A stretch of 64,000 nucleotides of DNA, taken from contig CM035352.1 of NCBI GenBank assembly GCA_020137815.1, positions 7,254,001 to 7,318,000 on the forward strand, read 5' to 3'. This DNA comes from Hormiphora californensis. Lineage: Eukaryota > Animalia > Ctenophora. Under the pieces are notes generated by a model. It made no database searches. It was not told the origin of the DNA and saw only the letters and a list, made by a program, of their open reading frames with translations. The translations under genes and the position numbers were made by a program. Position 1 is the stretch's first letter. Every line of letters starts with the position of its first letter. This document shows positions 52,093-63,859 of this stretch, one piece after another.

Positions 52093-52825
52093 TTATTTCA
52101 TTTTTTTTTCTTTCTCTTCTTTTGCTTTGAGTTCATGAACTTTGCTTATGATCTTTAAGGCTTCCTCTGTGTGGTGTAGTATTGTTTCTCCTAGGTTATC
52201 GTAGTTTGTTTTTCCGCTTATTCTCATTCTTACTATTTTCAGTGTTTCGCAATCGCATATCAGGTGTTTGGATGTTTCCTCTGCCTTAGAACATAGGCTA
52301 CATGTTGCTGAGTTTGTTTTCCCAATTTTTTGAGGTACTTGTTGAATGGTCCTATATTTGTGGTGAGGTGTGTGATGTTTCTGAATTTCTTCCTGTTCTT
52401 TTTGTATATTTCTATCTTTTTTGTGAGTGTTTTTCCAAGTTAATTTGCTCGTGATTATTTGTTTTGTTTGTTTGCCGCCTTTTTTAAGGAAATGATTCCA
52501 TGTGTTTTCCTTGGCTGTTTCCTTAGTGTTTGTTTTGATGTAACTCTGGGGGATTGGGCTTGGTAGACTTTCGCTTATTTGTTTCTTACTTCCTTCTTTG
52601 GCTAGTATGTCAGCCGCCTCGTTGCCTTCTATCCCTATATGTGCTTTAACCCATTTGACTGTTACGTGATTGTGTTGGGCCAGTTTATTTAGCTCGTTAT
52701 TGCTCTGCTTTATAGTTTTGGTGTCCACTGTATGTTTTCCTAGAGCTTTTATGCTTGCTGCTGAGTCTGATCTGATGTGTATTGTCTTGTTTCTGATGTC
52801 CATGTTGTTGAGTTCTTGTTCCATT
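52093..52825 (-). pseudogene. LINE ORF2 C-terminus: RNase H plus CCHC knuckle
   Basis: IHIRSDSAASIKAL, KWVKAHIGIEGNEAADILAK, CSLCSKAEETSKHLICDC; internal frameshifts. Confidence 0.9.
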
Positions 52826-52964
52826 ACAGAAATGCGACCCAATGGGCCCTTTTCGTAATTCGACAATAAACGTGGAACGTAATGTGTGAATTGAGATAGA
52901 GATCCACTGGCCAATCAGGACACTTGATTCTCAATGTGCGATAATTAATAGCCAGTGCCACACC

Positions 52965-53280
52965 TGAGAGGGGGATAACGAGAGGGGCATAATGAAATGG
53001 GGAACCGGGAATGAGAAATTGGGAGATAGGAGGGAAAGAGATGGAGAATGAGATATGGGAATGAGTTTGGGAAAGAGGGGAGAATGAGAGGGGGGAATGA
53101 GAGGGGGATAATGAGCGGGGGAGTGAGAGATTGGGATATAGTGGGAATGAGAGGGGGAATGAGAGGGGGAATGAGAGATGGGAATGAGAGATGGGAATGA
53201 GTTTGGGAGAGAAGAGGGAATGAGAGGGGAGAATGAGAGGGGGGACTGAGATTGGGAGAGAGGGGAATGAGAGGGGAATT
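52965..53280. repeat. Degenerate (GGGAATGAGA)n purine-rich repeat
   Basis: Direct reading. Confidence 0.85.
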
Positions 53281-53593
53281 TTTACTGGGAAGAACTATTT
53301 TAGGTATACTTACAAAGGCAAAGAAATCAATACACACATCAGAACCGTACACACTAAGGACCCCACACAGCGTCTGCTGCAGCTAAGGGGCCCTGAAATC
53401 TAGATAGAAGGCTAGTAAAATACTGCAAAAGCCTCGTCACGGTAATTGAAGTACTAAAGAGAGGGGGTAGAAAATACCTGGTGGACTGGGCGGCTATCCC
53501 GAGGGTGGAGCAGCCTCATATCTCGGACTGTGAACATGAACAGAGTGGGGAGGGGTAGGGGGAGGGGTAGGGGGAGGGGAGGTGTATTGTGTA

Positions 53594-54850
53594 CTAGAGA
53601 ACGTTACTGGGTACAATGGACTCAATCAGGTGTTTCTTAGTGAGACGGACAAACTCAGTCAGTGAATCACTCTGTCTGATAGAGTAGGGCAGCTTATTCC
53701 ACAAATCAGTGACTCGGTGAAAAAAGCTAGTCCTAAGAGCCCTATGAGTGTTCGTGTGGTAGGCAGACATGAACACTAGAGTCGTTTTGTCACGACCCTC
53801 ACGAATGTCACTATTCTGACGGGTGGCTCTGAGTGTGCTGGGGTTGATCGGTTGAATGTACTGAGGGACAGTGATGCTAATCATACCATACACAATCTTG
53901 TAAAACAATCTAAGATCGTAAAACTCGAACAGCTGCTTAAACGGGAGAAGGTTCAAACTCAAGAGATGATCCACATACTCGTCATTAGTATACGAGGCAA
54001 GTGGTTCATTTCTGATCCATTTCACAACCCGTTTTTGCAGCAGTTCAAGTGACCTCAGACTACCAGCATTCACACACGACCAGACCTGGTTACAGTGCTC
54101 AACTAACGACCTCACCATGGACAGATACAGTGTTCTCTTACAAGAACTCCTACTGAGGAAATAACAAGTCCTGCGGAGCAGGTTGAACTTAAACGACATG
54201 GATGTGATAATAGAGTCACAGTGGGAGTTGAAATCTAAAGTGCTGTTGATGACAATACCCAGGTCACGTTGGTTAGTGACATACTCCAGAGCCACCCCTC
54301 CAAGAGAGTAGAAGTACTTGTGGAAGGGGAGGCTACTGAATGGGTTAGATGACTGTGTGGTAGGGCTGATGACACTCAGAACCTGGCACTTAGCTGGGTG
54401 AAACCGCATCATGCTCCGAATTGACCAATCATACAAGGCATCAATTGACTTCTGAAGTTCAAAATGATCACTCATACTGTCTATTCTGCGCCAGATCTTG
54501 GTGTCATCAGCGTACAGGGAGATGTTAGTCCCAGGTGACGTTAAGTTAAATATATCATTAATAAACAGGACGAACAATACAGGACCTAAGATGGATCCCT
54601 GGGGTACACCAGAGGCCACCGGAAGGATATCAGAGCTCCCACCATCAATAACAACTTTCTGAAATCTATCCTTCAGGTAGCTCCTAATGAGTCCCAGCAA
54701 CTGACCACCCACACCAAAACCCAGCTTCAGCTTACTCAGTATCAGATCATGATTACAAGAATCGAAGGCACGGGAGAAGTCAAAGTATACAACATCTACC
54801 CTTGCCCTCGCGTCTAATGCTTCTGCCAGATTGTGGGTGAATGGAATAAG
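53594..54850 (-). pseudogene. CR1-type reverse transcriptase
   Basis: VDVVYFDFSRAFDSCNH (upstream of the tracked ORF), GVPQGSILGPVLFVLFINDI, LYADDTKIW, RDLGIV, FFHRVTDLWNKLP. Confidence 0.92.
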
Positions 54851-54879
54851 TTGTGTGGTACAGGATCTACAGATGTTAA

Positions 54880-55578
54880 CGAACTAACACGGTAAAAGGT
54901 GGTTATACAGAAACTGATGTTGGTACTACAGTTGAAAACAACACTGAGAATCTCTGCCTGGGTACTAAAGCGGTCAAACTTATAACTAGAGAGAGAAAGG
55001 TCTTCCCTATGCGCTATAAGCACCCCACCACCATTGGCCCTAAACTTCTTGGGTTGATCGGGGTCAAAGGGATGGGTAGCAGCACAGCGATCCAGTCTGA
55101 ACACTTTGTAACCATTAGAGAATATCTCACTAGGCTTGATATTGCTTTTCAACCATGTCTCGTTAATGACTATAATATCGGGCTTGTGAGTGTAGATGAA
55201 GTCCTGGAATTCTAGGACCTTGCTCACAGCCAGGTCAGGAGAAGTCTGACTAAGGTTGGCAGTGTGAACAAAGCCCCGAACATTATTATAGAGCACACTC
55301 AGAGAACGAGGTCCTGGGTTGGCAATACTGGGGTTACAGACAAACAGCATGAGAAAGTTCATCACACACAAGAAGAGAGAAATCACAATATGGGACGTAC
55401 TATGATCTCTCTGTCTGGTGGTAAAGATGACGATACACACTAGATTAACAAACGGTCTAATAGCACACAGGGGGTGGGTAGGGGGGAGGAGGGGCAGAAC
55501 AGCTGGGGTTACTGTAGGGGATGGGTTAGTGATAGACAGGTGAGCAAAGAAACAGAGTGAAACGATAAACGTGTACAT
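54880..55578 (-). pseudogene. APE endonuclease N-half preceded by a hydrophobic leader and NPGP
   Basis: SIANPGP, YNNVRG, PDIIVINETWL, YKVFRLDR, GGGVLIA, TTFYR; fused to mid-RT by a deletion. Confidence 0.88.
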
Positions 55579-56184
55579 GAACAGTCCGAGAATGAGGCCA
55601 CATACCAGTTCGAGGAAAGCCGCAAAGTCCGCAGGTCCTTCTAGATTCCCCTGGTTTACACATCTAGAGACATAAACACACTTTCCAATCCTCTCTCTAT
55701 ATAACTCTAAACATATTGGTATTAGTGGCGAGAAGGGGGGCTACCCGTGCACAGGTAAAAACAGTATAGTGGGGGCAAGAAGGGGGCGGACCGGGGCAAA
55801 CAGCGAGGTAGGTAGAGCAAAAGGGTTAGGGAACGACCAGCAAGTATAGGGTTTGGGGAGTGGGGATCAGATAAACAAACCCGAGTAAATATCCAATTAG
55901 ATATTCAATCACTGTGAGAGTAAAAACTGAGAATCTAGACTTGTTTCCAAAAAAGAAACAAAACACAGTTCAGCTAAAAATAGACACTATAGCTCCACCC
56001 TCCCCAACATTCTCTACTCCTGGGTTAGGAAGAACAGTCTCCCAAATAAGGTATAAAGAGTTCGATCACGTGACAAGCGGTGCTCTCTCTCCCTCGCTCC
56101 TTACTACCCTTGCCTGCAGATGTACAATACATATAATACACGACACGTGATCAATCAGGCAGGGGCTAAAAAAGACAGTCAATA

Positions 56185-56923
56185 CTAAGATCTCTCATTC
56201 AGTTGATTCACATTTGTGATCCGTCTCTTGAAAGTATCGTCAGACATCTTAACAGAGAACATCTTAACCGGCCCGTCGAAATACACTTTGCTCACTCCCT
56301 CACACTCCTCCAGTTGCCTCTTCCTCTCCAGAACAGCAGGTGGGGTATAATGGTAAGCACCAATATTCTTCTTTCTCAGGGGACCCTGTCGCCTGTAATC
56401 AGAAACAATGTCCTTATCCCGGATATGACTAAAAACAATAGTGACTGAGCGGGGTTTGGCTGGATCCTTCAATTTGTTCCGGTGTACAGTTGATATCCGG
56501 CTGGATGTGAAGTCGGGAATGATCTCCCTAACATGCTTGGCCACCACCTCAGTGATGTCCTCGCTGGGGTCCTCTTTTATACCGGTCAGAATGGTGGTAG
56601 ATCTCCCGGAGTATGATTCAGACTTCAGCAGGCGGTCCTCAAGGGAGGGGTCGCTGGTCTGGCCAGTGGAGACAAGAGCCAAGAGGTCCCATCGACTCCA
56701 AACGAGTCTCAAGAGCTGCATTACTCTTCTGGAGCTCTGCAACGGTGCTTTTGAGAGCAGCATTTTCCTCTCGGATCTCAGCGATGGCAAAATACAGAAC
56801 ATTGAATACTGCGGCAATGTCACCATGTTTAGCAGCAAGTTTTTTGGACTCAGCTATCACCTTAGACTGGTCTAGAGCAAGAAAGGCACTGGTATCGGTT
56901 CTAGTACGGGTAGCAGTGACCAT
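56185..56923 (-). pseudogene. LINE ORF1 (coiled coil plus RRM-like), one frameshift
   Basis: EIREENAALKSTVAELQKSNAALETRLE, then ESYSGRSTTILTGIKE...ISTVHR...PRSVTIVF; frameshift near 56670. Confidence 0.8.
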
Positions 56924-57777
56924 GTTTAATTAATCAAGGTGGCAGGAATTTGTTGGGGGTGAAGAAGAGTAGATGTATCAGGAGCTCTAAAAACACGACC
57001 AAATATACGATGGCAATTGCAATGAGAGAGAAGGAGAGAGAGGGAGAGAGAGAGAGAGACTATAAGAGAGATATGTACTTACTTTTGATACTTTTGCTAT
57101 GATTTTGCTAGTTAAACATAATACAGGCAATTCTATCCGGTATAATATTTCATTTTGGCCCCCTAGTACATATCTTGAGAAGTACTGTCTAATTATACTC
57201 TTTCATATATCCTCTCATATTTCTGGGATATGCACATAAGGAATTCTCTCTCTCCCTCTTATCTCGTTCCTTTAAAATTATTTTTTCAATTTTAAACAAT
57301 TTCAATATCTCAAGTTCATCATGTAAGCATGTATGTCAAAGACAGCCGTGGCCATTTTGGCAATTTTGGGTCATTTTGGGGTCTTAATTGAATATTAGTA
57401 CTGCAAAATCGTTGTTTCTCTTTAATCATTTTGGGGTCGTTTTGGGAACGCATTTCCACAATAGTAAAATTTAGTTTCAATTTAGACAGCCTTTGGGTTG
57501 GCTAAATTCTCAGCCTGTTTAGTCGAAATTTTAGTGCTAGGTTAGTGGGGCTTATATGGGTTCAGTGTGAAATGGGGCGTGAAATCACGTGACTTGTACC
57601 ACGTGGAGGGGGTTTTAGTATGGAACTAATCCCTCTCTAAAACCCTACTCAAAGCACAAACAACCAACACTAATTCTGTAGTTCGTGGACGAAATCGATA
57701 GAGCTCTCCAATTTTCACACTCAAAAGGCCTAATTAGTCGAGATCTAAAAGTTTAGTACTGTTCGTGGAGGACACCC

Positions 57778-58287
57778 GGGGGACGAACCAACGAACAGTT
57801 AAGTGCATCACCCTGATTCAAGTCGTTGCACGCTCCTGCTTTGTCGTGGACAAGTAGCGAATGTGTAGCATCCATTGCGACACCTGACTTTCTCCTCTAC
57901 TTTCTTCTCGTCTGGCCAGGTGATGACTGTTATCTTGTAATTAACTCGTCGAACGGACTTTCAATAACTAATGGTGGAAAACAGGGGGCTTTTCTAATAT
58001 GTTTAGATTCAAAATCAGCATAATAAAAATGTTAATGTTTACAACAATAGTCGGTGTAAGAGGGGAGTTATTAAAACTCAGGTGAGTTTTACACGGTTAG
58101 GTTATTATAATACTCAAGGCAGTTGTATTCAGGGGAGTGCACTGACGAGAATGTGTGTTTTCGAGCTCTTTTTCCGAGTATTGAGCTGAGTGTTTGTATG
58201 TTCAATTAATGGTACAACATATGCTCCTAAATCATGTGCACTTTTGTCGTTTCTGTAACCTTGAAGATTGGGGGGAAAATAAGAAAT
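57778..58287. repeat. Duplicate of the LINE target locus (empty site)
   Basis: Matches 51382-51824 and continues into sequence matching 63872-63935. Confidence 0.9.
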
Positions 58288-59899
58288 TTTGAATTTTTTT
58301 GTATTTTTCCCAGTCAGTGTTTTTGTCTGATTTGGTTTTTCTGAATTTGTGTGTCATTAGATTCAATTTAGCTCTTATGTATTTGTGATCTGTATTTATG
58401 AATTCGTTACTAACTTTCCATTTGTCGATTAATTCACTTCCTAGCTTGTTGGTGATTGTAAGATCTATTATTGTTTGTTGAATTCTTGAGTTCTCGAAGG
58501 TAGGTTTGTTGTCATGGTTGATGATGTAGAGTTCATTCTGTGCTATCGCGATTTGTAAGTCGTCCCCTCTCTGGTCTGTTTTTTTGTCGCCCCAAATGGT
58601 ACTATGTGCGTTCGTGTCGCTGTTTATTATTAGTGCGGCGTTCTGTTTTTTGGCGTGTGTGGTCAGACCCTGTATGATTTTTGTGTATTGTGATATGTCC
58701 TTTTTCTCTTTCTTCCCGGCCATGTATATAGTGGCCATTACTATTTTCTGTTTATTTTCGTTTATTTGTATGGCAATGGAGTCTCTGCTGGAGAATTCGT
58801 GTAGAGTTATTGCTTTTTTGCAGTGGTTTTTGTGTAACCCCATGGCCACTCTTGGTCTTTCTTTTGTCTCCTCGGGTTTAATTATTCTGATGTCCTTGTG
58901 TATGTTTGGGATTTTAAATTTGGTGTTGCAATAGGGTTCGCAAATGAAGATGATCGGCGCTTGATTATTGATAATGTTAGAGGAGAGTGTTGCTATTGCG
59001 TCTTCTTTGTGTTGTTGGTTGGTGTATATCATGGATATTTGTACTGGTTGGTTGTGAGCAGATTTGTTTCTGTTATTTTTGTCAGATGGTTGTGTTTTAT
59101 TTATTTCTGTGGGTTCGGTTTTGTTCCCGCTTGTTTTTTTGAGTTTCATGTTCAGTTTCATTTCTGCAGTTGGTTTCGCTTTTTGTTGAGTTCTATTTAT
59201 TGTTAATTGAGTGTTTTTTGTTGGTTTGAAGTATGATGTAATGGGTTTTGTTGTCAATTCTGTCTTTACTGTTGTTATGTCTGTGTGTCCTTTTGCTGTT
59301 GTTGTTTCGTGATTAGGTTCTTCTGTTTGTTTGTGAGATCGTTTGTTGCCCGTTGATCGTTGTGTTGGTGTTGACCATGGCCCATGGTCGCTTTGGCATT
59401 TAGGTGTTATAGATTTGCTGTGTGGGGTGGTCGGTTCTACCGTTTTAGTACCATGTTGTTTGTTAGCAGCTGCTTTTGTTTGGGTTTTGTTGGTGTTTTC
59501 CTTTTTCCTAATTTTTGACCTGAATTTGTTACTTCTTTCTTTGGGTCGTTTCCTTTTTGTTGTTTTTCCTTCATCCTGTTCCGCTGTTTCTGGTTTAGTT
59601 GAAGTATGCTCCACTTTCCTAATTTTTGCTCGGTGCATGTTTGGTTGTGTTTCAGGTCGTTTCCTTTTTTGTGTTGTTGGTTCAGAGTTGGTTTGACTGT
59701 GTCTTTTTCCTATCGGACCGTTCTTTGTGGGTTTGTTGTAATAGTAGGAATTTGTTATTTTTATTGGGGCGGTTATTACGGCTTGTTTGTCGTTTGGGTC
59801 CCCGTGGTTTTTGGTCAGTTCGGAAGTCGTTGCTGCATGTGTGTTCGTGGCACTTGGACCATTACGAGGCACTGGGGCCTTTACGTTGCTCTTTGGCAT
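58288..59899 (-). CDS. LINE ORF2 N-terminus: low-complexity basic leader plus APE endonuclease (3' truncated)
   Basis: MIYTNQQH, PIIFICEPY, ATIYM, IINSDTNAHSTIWG, KPTFEN, IIDLTITN, TDHKYI. Confidence 0.9.
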
Positions 59900-60630
59900 T
59901 ATGGTTGTTCGAGGCTCTTGGGCCTTTACGAGGCACGTAGGCCTATAAGTTGCGCTTGGGCAATTGTACTTACCGATCCTTGGTGGTTGTTGTCTACATT
60001 GCTAGTCTGCAGGGTGAGAGTTAGTGTCAGAATGGTGAATAGAAGGAGTTTCGCATCATGTAACCACGCGCTTGGAACTGATGTCTGGTGGGCTAGCGGA
60101 CGTTTCTCAGAGCAGAAGATGACCTACGCTGCAGCTACCTCTTCGTATTGAGGCGCGCGGCGAAGGGATTGCAGCGCATTCGAAAACAAAAGGGAAAATG
60201 TACAAACAGAATTTATTTGTTTTTTATTTTTATGCTCGCCCTGGGGTGCAATGAAGCTTCGCACGCCGCTAGTCAGTTTGCTCGCGCGGTTGTGTTTTAG
60301 CGCGTGACAGGGACGGCAGTCTTGCTTTCCGGAGATTTTTCCCGTGGTTAAAATCTGATTTTTGAAGATGTCACCCCCTGGGTGACGCGCGATGTTTTAT
60401 TTGCGCGTCGTAAACATTTATGCTAGTTTTTTGGCTCTCCCACCTTTGTTTCTTGACCACGCGTGAGAGGGGAGGAGACAACTTCAAAAAATCCGACTTT
60501 AGGCTATTAAGAGTCGTTTGTTAGGTTTGGAGTTAGAAAATTTAAAGTTTAAAATTTAAATGGATATTAAAAAGAATAGTTCATCGATTACAGTTCAACA
60601 CAATGGCCAAAGGATTGTCTGGAGGGGGTA

Positions 60631-62973
60631 TTAGTCATCCATGGGATGGCTGATGTCCAACACGGATACCCCCTTGACCAACATTCCACTAGCATCTTTA
60701 AGTTGGAACGGTTTGAGTCCAGGGTCCTTGGTCTTGGGGCTTGAGCTTCCAGTCTGTCCCTGTGGTGAGGATGTGTTGTTAGGGGATGGTTTGGGAGAAA
60801 ACCAGATTTTCTCAGACGTGTGAAATGTTATTTGGGTAAAGTGACTGGTTCTCAGCCAATCGGTAAGTAATATTTCCTGGTTCGGTCGGTTACTAATTAC
60901 GTAAGTCTAGTTATAGTACCTGCTTCTTGTCGGGGGGGGGGGGACATGTTAATTGTTAATAAATCACCTCTTTTTTCCGATTTTGTTAATTAACGTTAAT
61001 TAACAAAATTAACAAAATTAACAAATGCTAAAATATTGGTGTTATCGGTTGATAATACGACTTTAACTGATTTAATTTTGTAGTTTAATAACTTATCTAA
61101 CATTTGTATACCCATGCAAGACCTCCTCCGATAACCAAAGTCCAACATACAAGTTTTTTGGCTCCAAATTGATCAAAATTTAAAGAGTACGAATATTTCA
61201 ATTTAGCGTGTAAAATGTCACTTGAATGTAATTTTTTCATTGATAATCCATTCTTCAGACGAAAGAAAGTGATGTACAACGTTTCTGTTTGAAAAATACG
61301 AAAAAATTCCCAAAATTGCTTTTTTTGGTCAAAAATTGAAAATTTGCTTCGCTACAAATCCTTGTGTTTTTTTAGAAAAAATTATTTTTGGGATATTTTT
61401 CGATTGAAGGTAAATTTATGAGTCTTATTAAGTTTTTAAGGTTAGAAAATGTGGATTAGTGTCATTTGACCTCAATTGCGGTTCAGGTTGGCTAGTTTTT
61501 GTTCGAATTTACAAAATGGAACAAATCGTTGTGGGAAGGCTGTAGTAGACGGCTTGGGGGTATGCAAATCATGCAGAAGGAACATCTTTGTTCGCAGAAC
61601 AACATGCAGCATGTGTAATACCAAAAAAGGGACTTTAGATGGTATACATGGCATTTGTTAATGTTTGTTAACTTTTGTTAATTATGTTAATAAATCACCT
61701 GTTTTTTCGATGTTAATATTAACAAAGTTAACAAAATTAACATGTCCCCCCCCCTTCTTGTCCTTATTCTTGTTCCTCTTATCCTTTTCTTGTCTGAGTT
61801 GGTTCTGTGCTTCTTGTAGTGCTGCTTGGTGTTGCTGGAGTTGCTCCGCCTGTTGCTGCATCAATAGTTGCTGCTGTGTGATGTATTCTTGCTGCTCCAT
61901 CTGTTGTCGGGCCAGAGTTTGTATCTCCTGTTGTTGTGCTAACAGAGCCTGTAGGTGGAGTTGTTAGCCTTGCTGTAGGAGGGGTTAGTTGGGTGGGGTG
62001 TGGAGATGGGGGTGGAGGGTATGGGGGGGGTGATGGTGTGTATTGTTGAGTTGTACCTGGTTTGTGTTGGCGTTCTGGTCTAGCATCTGTTGGTTAGCTT
62101 GGTCATTCTGGTCCATACGTTCATCCGCTGGTTCATTGTTACCGGGTACTATTCCATTACCGGGTACTACTCCGTGTCCGGGTACAGCTCCATGTCCAGG
62201 TACAGCTCCGTTTCCTGGTGTCATTCCGTTGACTCCAGCAACATTTCGGTTTCGGTTCTGTATGGGGGGAGGGGTTGTTAGTAGGGATTGTTATACTTCA
62301 TCTTCAGAATTTGATAGTTAGAGGGGGGAGTGGTAATTTGTTTACCAGTCTTATATAAGTTAGGGGGTTGTTAGGGGGGGGGGGGTTGGTAGTGGGTTTG
62401 TACTTTTATATTATTCTGAATTCGGTAGTTTTGAAGGAAGGGATTATGGGAGGAGGGGAGGTGTATTTCACTTGCCTGTCTTATATAGGGAGGTGGGGGC
62501 CTAGCTGTTCCCTCTCGTCTTCTTACATTGAGTATTCTGAAACCAGGAACTGGTACGATCAAATCTTGTGCTAAATCTCCCATTACATAGAGTAGATGAT
62601 GGCCCTTTATACTGAGTTGGACTGGAGGTCTGGTCAGAATTGCAGGTTCTAACCACCCGAGAATCCTGGACATTGTCTCCCTCGATTGTAAATGATTATA
62701 TGTATCGACGTCCCGTAGCGAGTGGGTATGGAGATCATCCTCTTCACATACGTATTGAGCAGGTACACCTGGAATGTTATCTGCAGTCAACATCAGGGAT
62801 CTGCCTCGGTAGTCCCGGTTCGTTAACAAGGGAATGTTTTGTTGCAGGAGGAAAGCCTCCAGATCCTTAAAATCCGCGTCTTCAAGCGTCAGCATCTCGG
62901 TACTATAAATCCTAAGTTGGCGGCCTCTCGGGGCACGCATTATCTTCTGCTGTGGGGTCAGTCTCCTTGCCAT
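60631..62973 (-). CDS. Predicted 4-exon, ~341-aa gene in the ORF1 position, interrupted by a MULE MITE
   Basis: Exons 62973-62476, 62257-62057, 61948-61754 plus 60922-60920, and 60759-60631. Introns are GC-AG, GT-AG and GT-AG, each phase 0 with a CTAAC branch point. ACCATGG start; Q-rich coiled coil. Confidence 0.7.
60932..61753. mobile_element. MULE-type MITE with 9-bp TSD
   Basis: CTTCTTGTC at 60923-60931 and 61754-61762; TIRs G(n)ACATGTTAATT...AATTAACATGTC(n); internal CxxC...CxxC remnant at ~61560-61615. Confidence 0.85.
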
Positions 62974-63793
62974 GGTTGCTACATGAGAGAATATTGGTTA
63001 TTTGCTGCTGTCGATAGGGGTGTGAGGGTGGTGGGTTGGGTGTAGAGGGGGTGAGAAGGGAGGGGCGGCGTAATTACAAGTGGTATTTGGATAATAAGAG
63101 ACGAGGGAAAGGGGATACTGATATTACACTACTACAGTTGTGTTGGAATGGGGGCAGTAGAGAGCAATATTATTAACAATGTCAGATTTTGAGGGAGGGA
63201 GGCTAAGGGTGATGCGTTACAATTATACTATCAAGAGCTTAGGATATTGACAATTGAGACTTGAGATGATGGGGAGAGAGGTAAGACTGATGTCATCTAA
63301 TTAGCGGCAGTCGAGAATTGAGATATTATTATACTACAGCATTTAGGAGTTGTGAGGCTACAATATTGCTAACAACATTAGTGAAATGCGATAGTTGTAG
63401 AGGAATACTGTTGCTGCAGTGACTATAGTGATATGGTATAGAGGAACAACTGTACTACTGTCAACAGGCAATGAAAGAGGAGGTCAGGGAAGAGCGGCGT
63501 AACTGCTGGCTACGTTTGAGAAATGAGGTGATGAGAGAGAGAGAGAGAGATTGCGCGCGCGCTGTTCGTTGGTTAGTGGAGTTGTGTATCTGTTGTAGTC
63601 GGCGCAGCTGTCGGTACTCGCGCGTTACGTCTTTGGTTTGGGTCTGTATAGAGTGCGGGGTAAAGGTCAGTTGGAAAGAAGGAGAAGGGGGTTGTTGTAA
63701 GTGTGTAGATCGTGGTGTCGACGGCGAGCCGTTATCGTCGGTAATACCGAAGGTCGGATAGGTCCGAAGGTTGGAGGGTGAAGAAGATTGGTT

Positions 63794-63859
63794 GGCTCTC
63801 AGTCAAGACTGAGAGCCTTAAGCCACTGCGCCGCGGCAAGGCTCTTCTTCGTGCAGTGG
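63794..63859 (-). ncRNA. Predicted pseudoknot and alternative hairpin at the LINE 5' end
   Basis: CCACTGC/GCAGTGG crosses AGAGCCTT/AAGGCTCT; competing stem GGCTCTCAGTC/GACTGAGAGCC. Confidence 0.45.

Larger units (their letters stand above)
53281..57020 (-). mobile_element. CR1-group LINE with ORF1 and internally deleted ORF2
   Basis: ORF1, APE start, RT and 3' UTR occur in order on the minus strand; boundaries approximate. Confidence 0.85.
51825..63859 (-). mobile_element. RNase H-containing (I/R1/LOA-like) LINE, internally disrupted, bounded by a 12-bp TSD
   Basis: ATGGCATAACAT at 51813-51824 and 63860-63871. (GTA)n tail 51825-51838 preceded by stem-loop 51846-51868. RNase H/CCHC at the 3' end and APE at 58.3-59.0 kb share strand and A-rich bias. 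Empty-site paralogues at ~38170 and ~58209. Confidence 0.75.

Noticed and set aside
52945-53352. Pro/Leu/Ser-rich ORF
   Set aside because: Translation of a low-complexity purine/pyrimidine repeat.
58584-60151. Plus-strand hydrophobic ORFs
   Set aside because: Antisense shadows of the A-rich LINE ORF2.
63811-63840. tRNA or SINE A-box (GGCGCAGTGGCTTAAGGC, minus strand)
   Set aside because: No B-box or cloverleaf follows.
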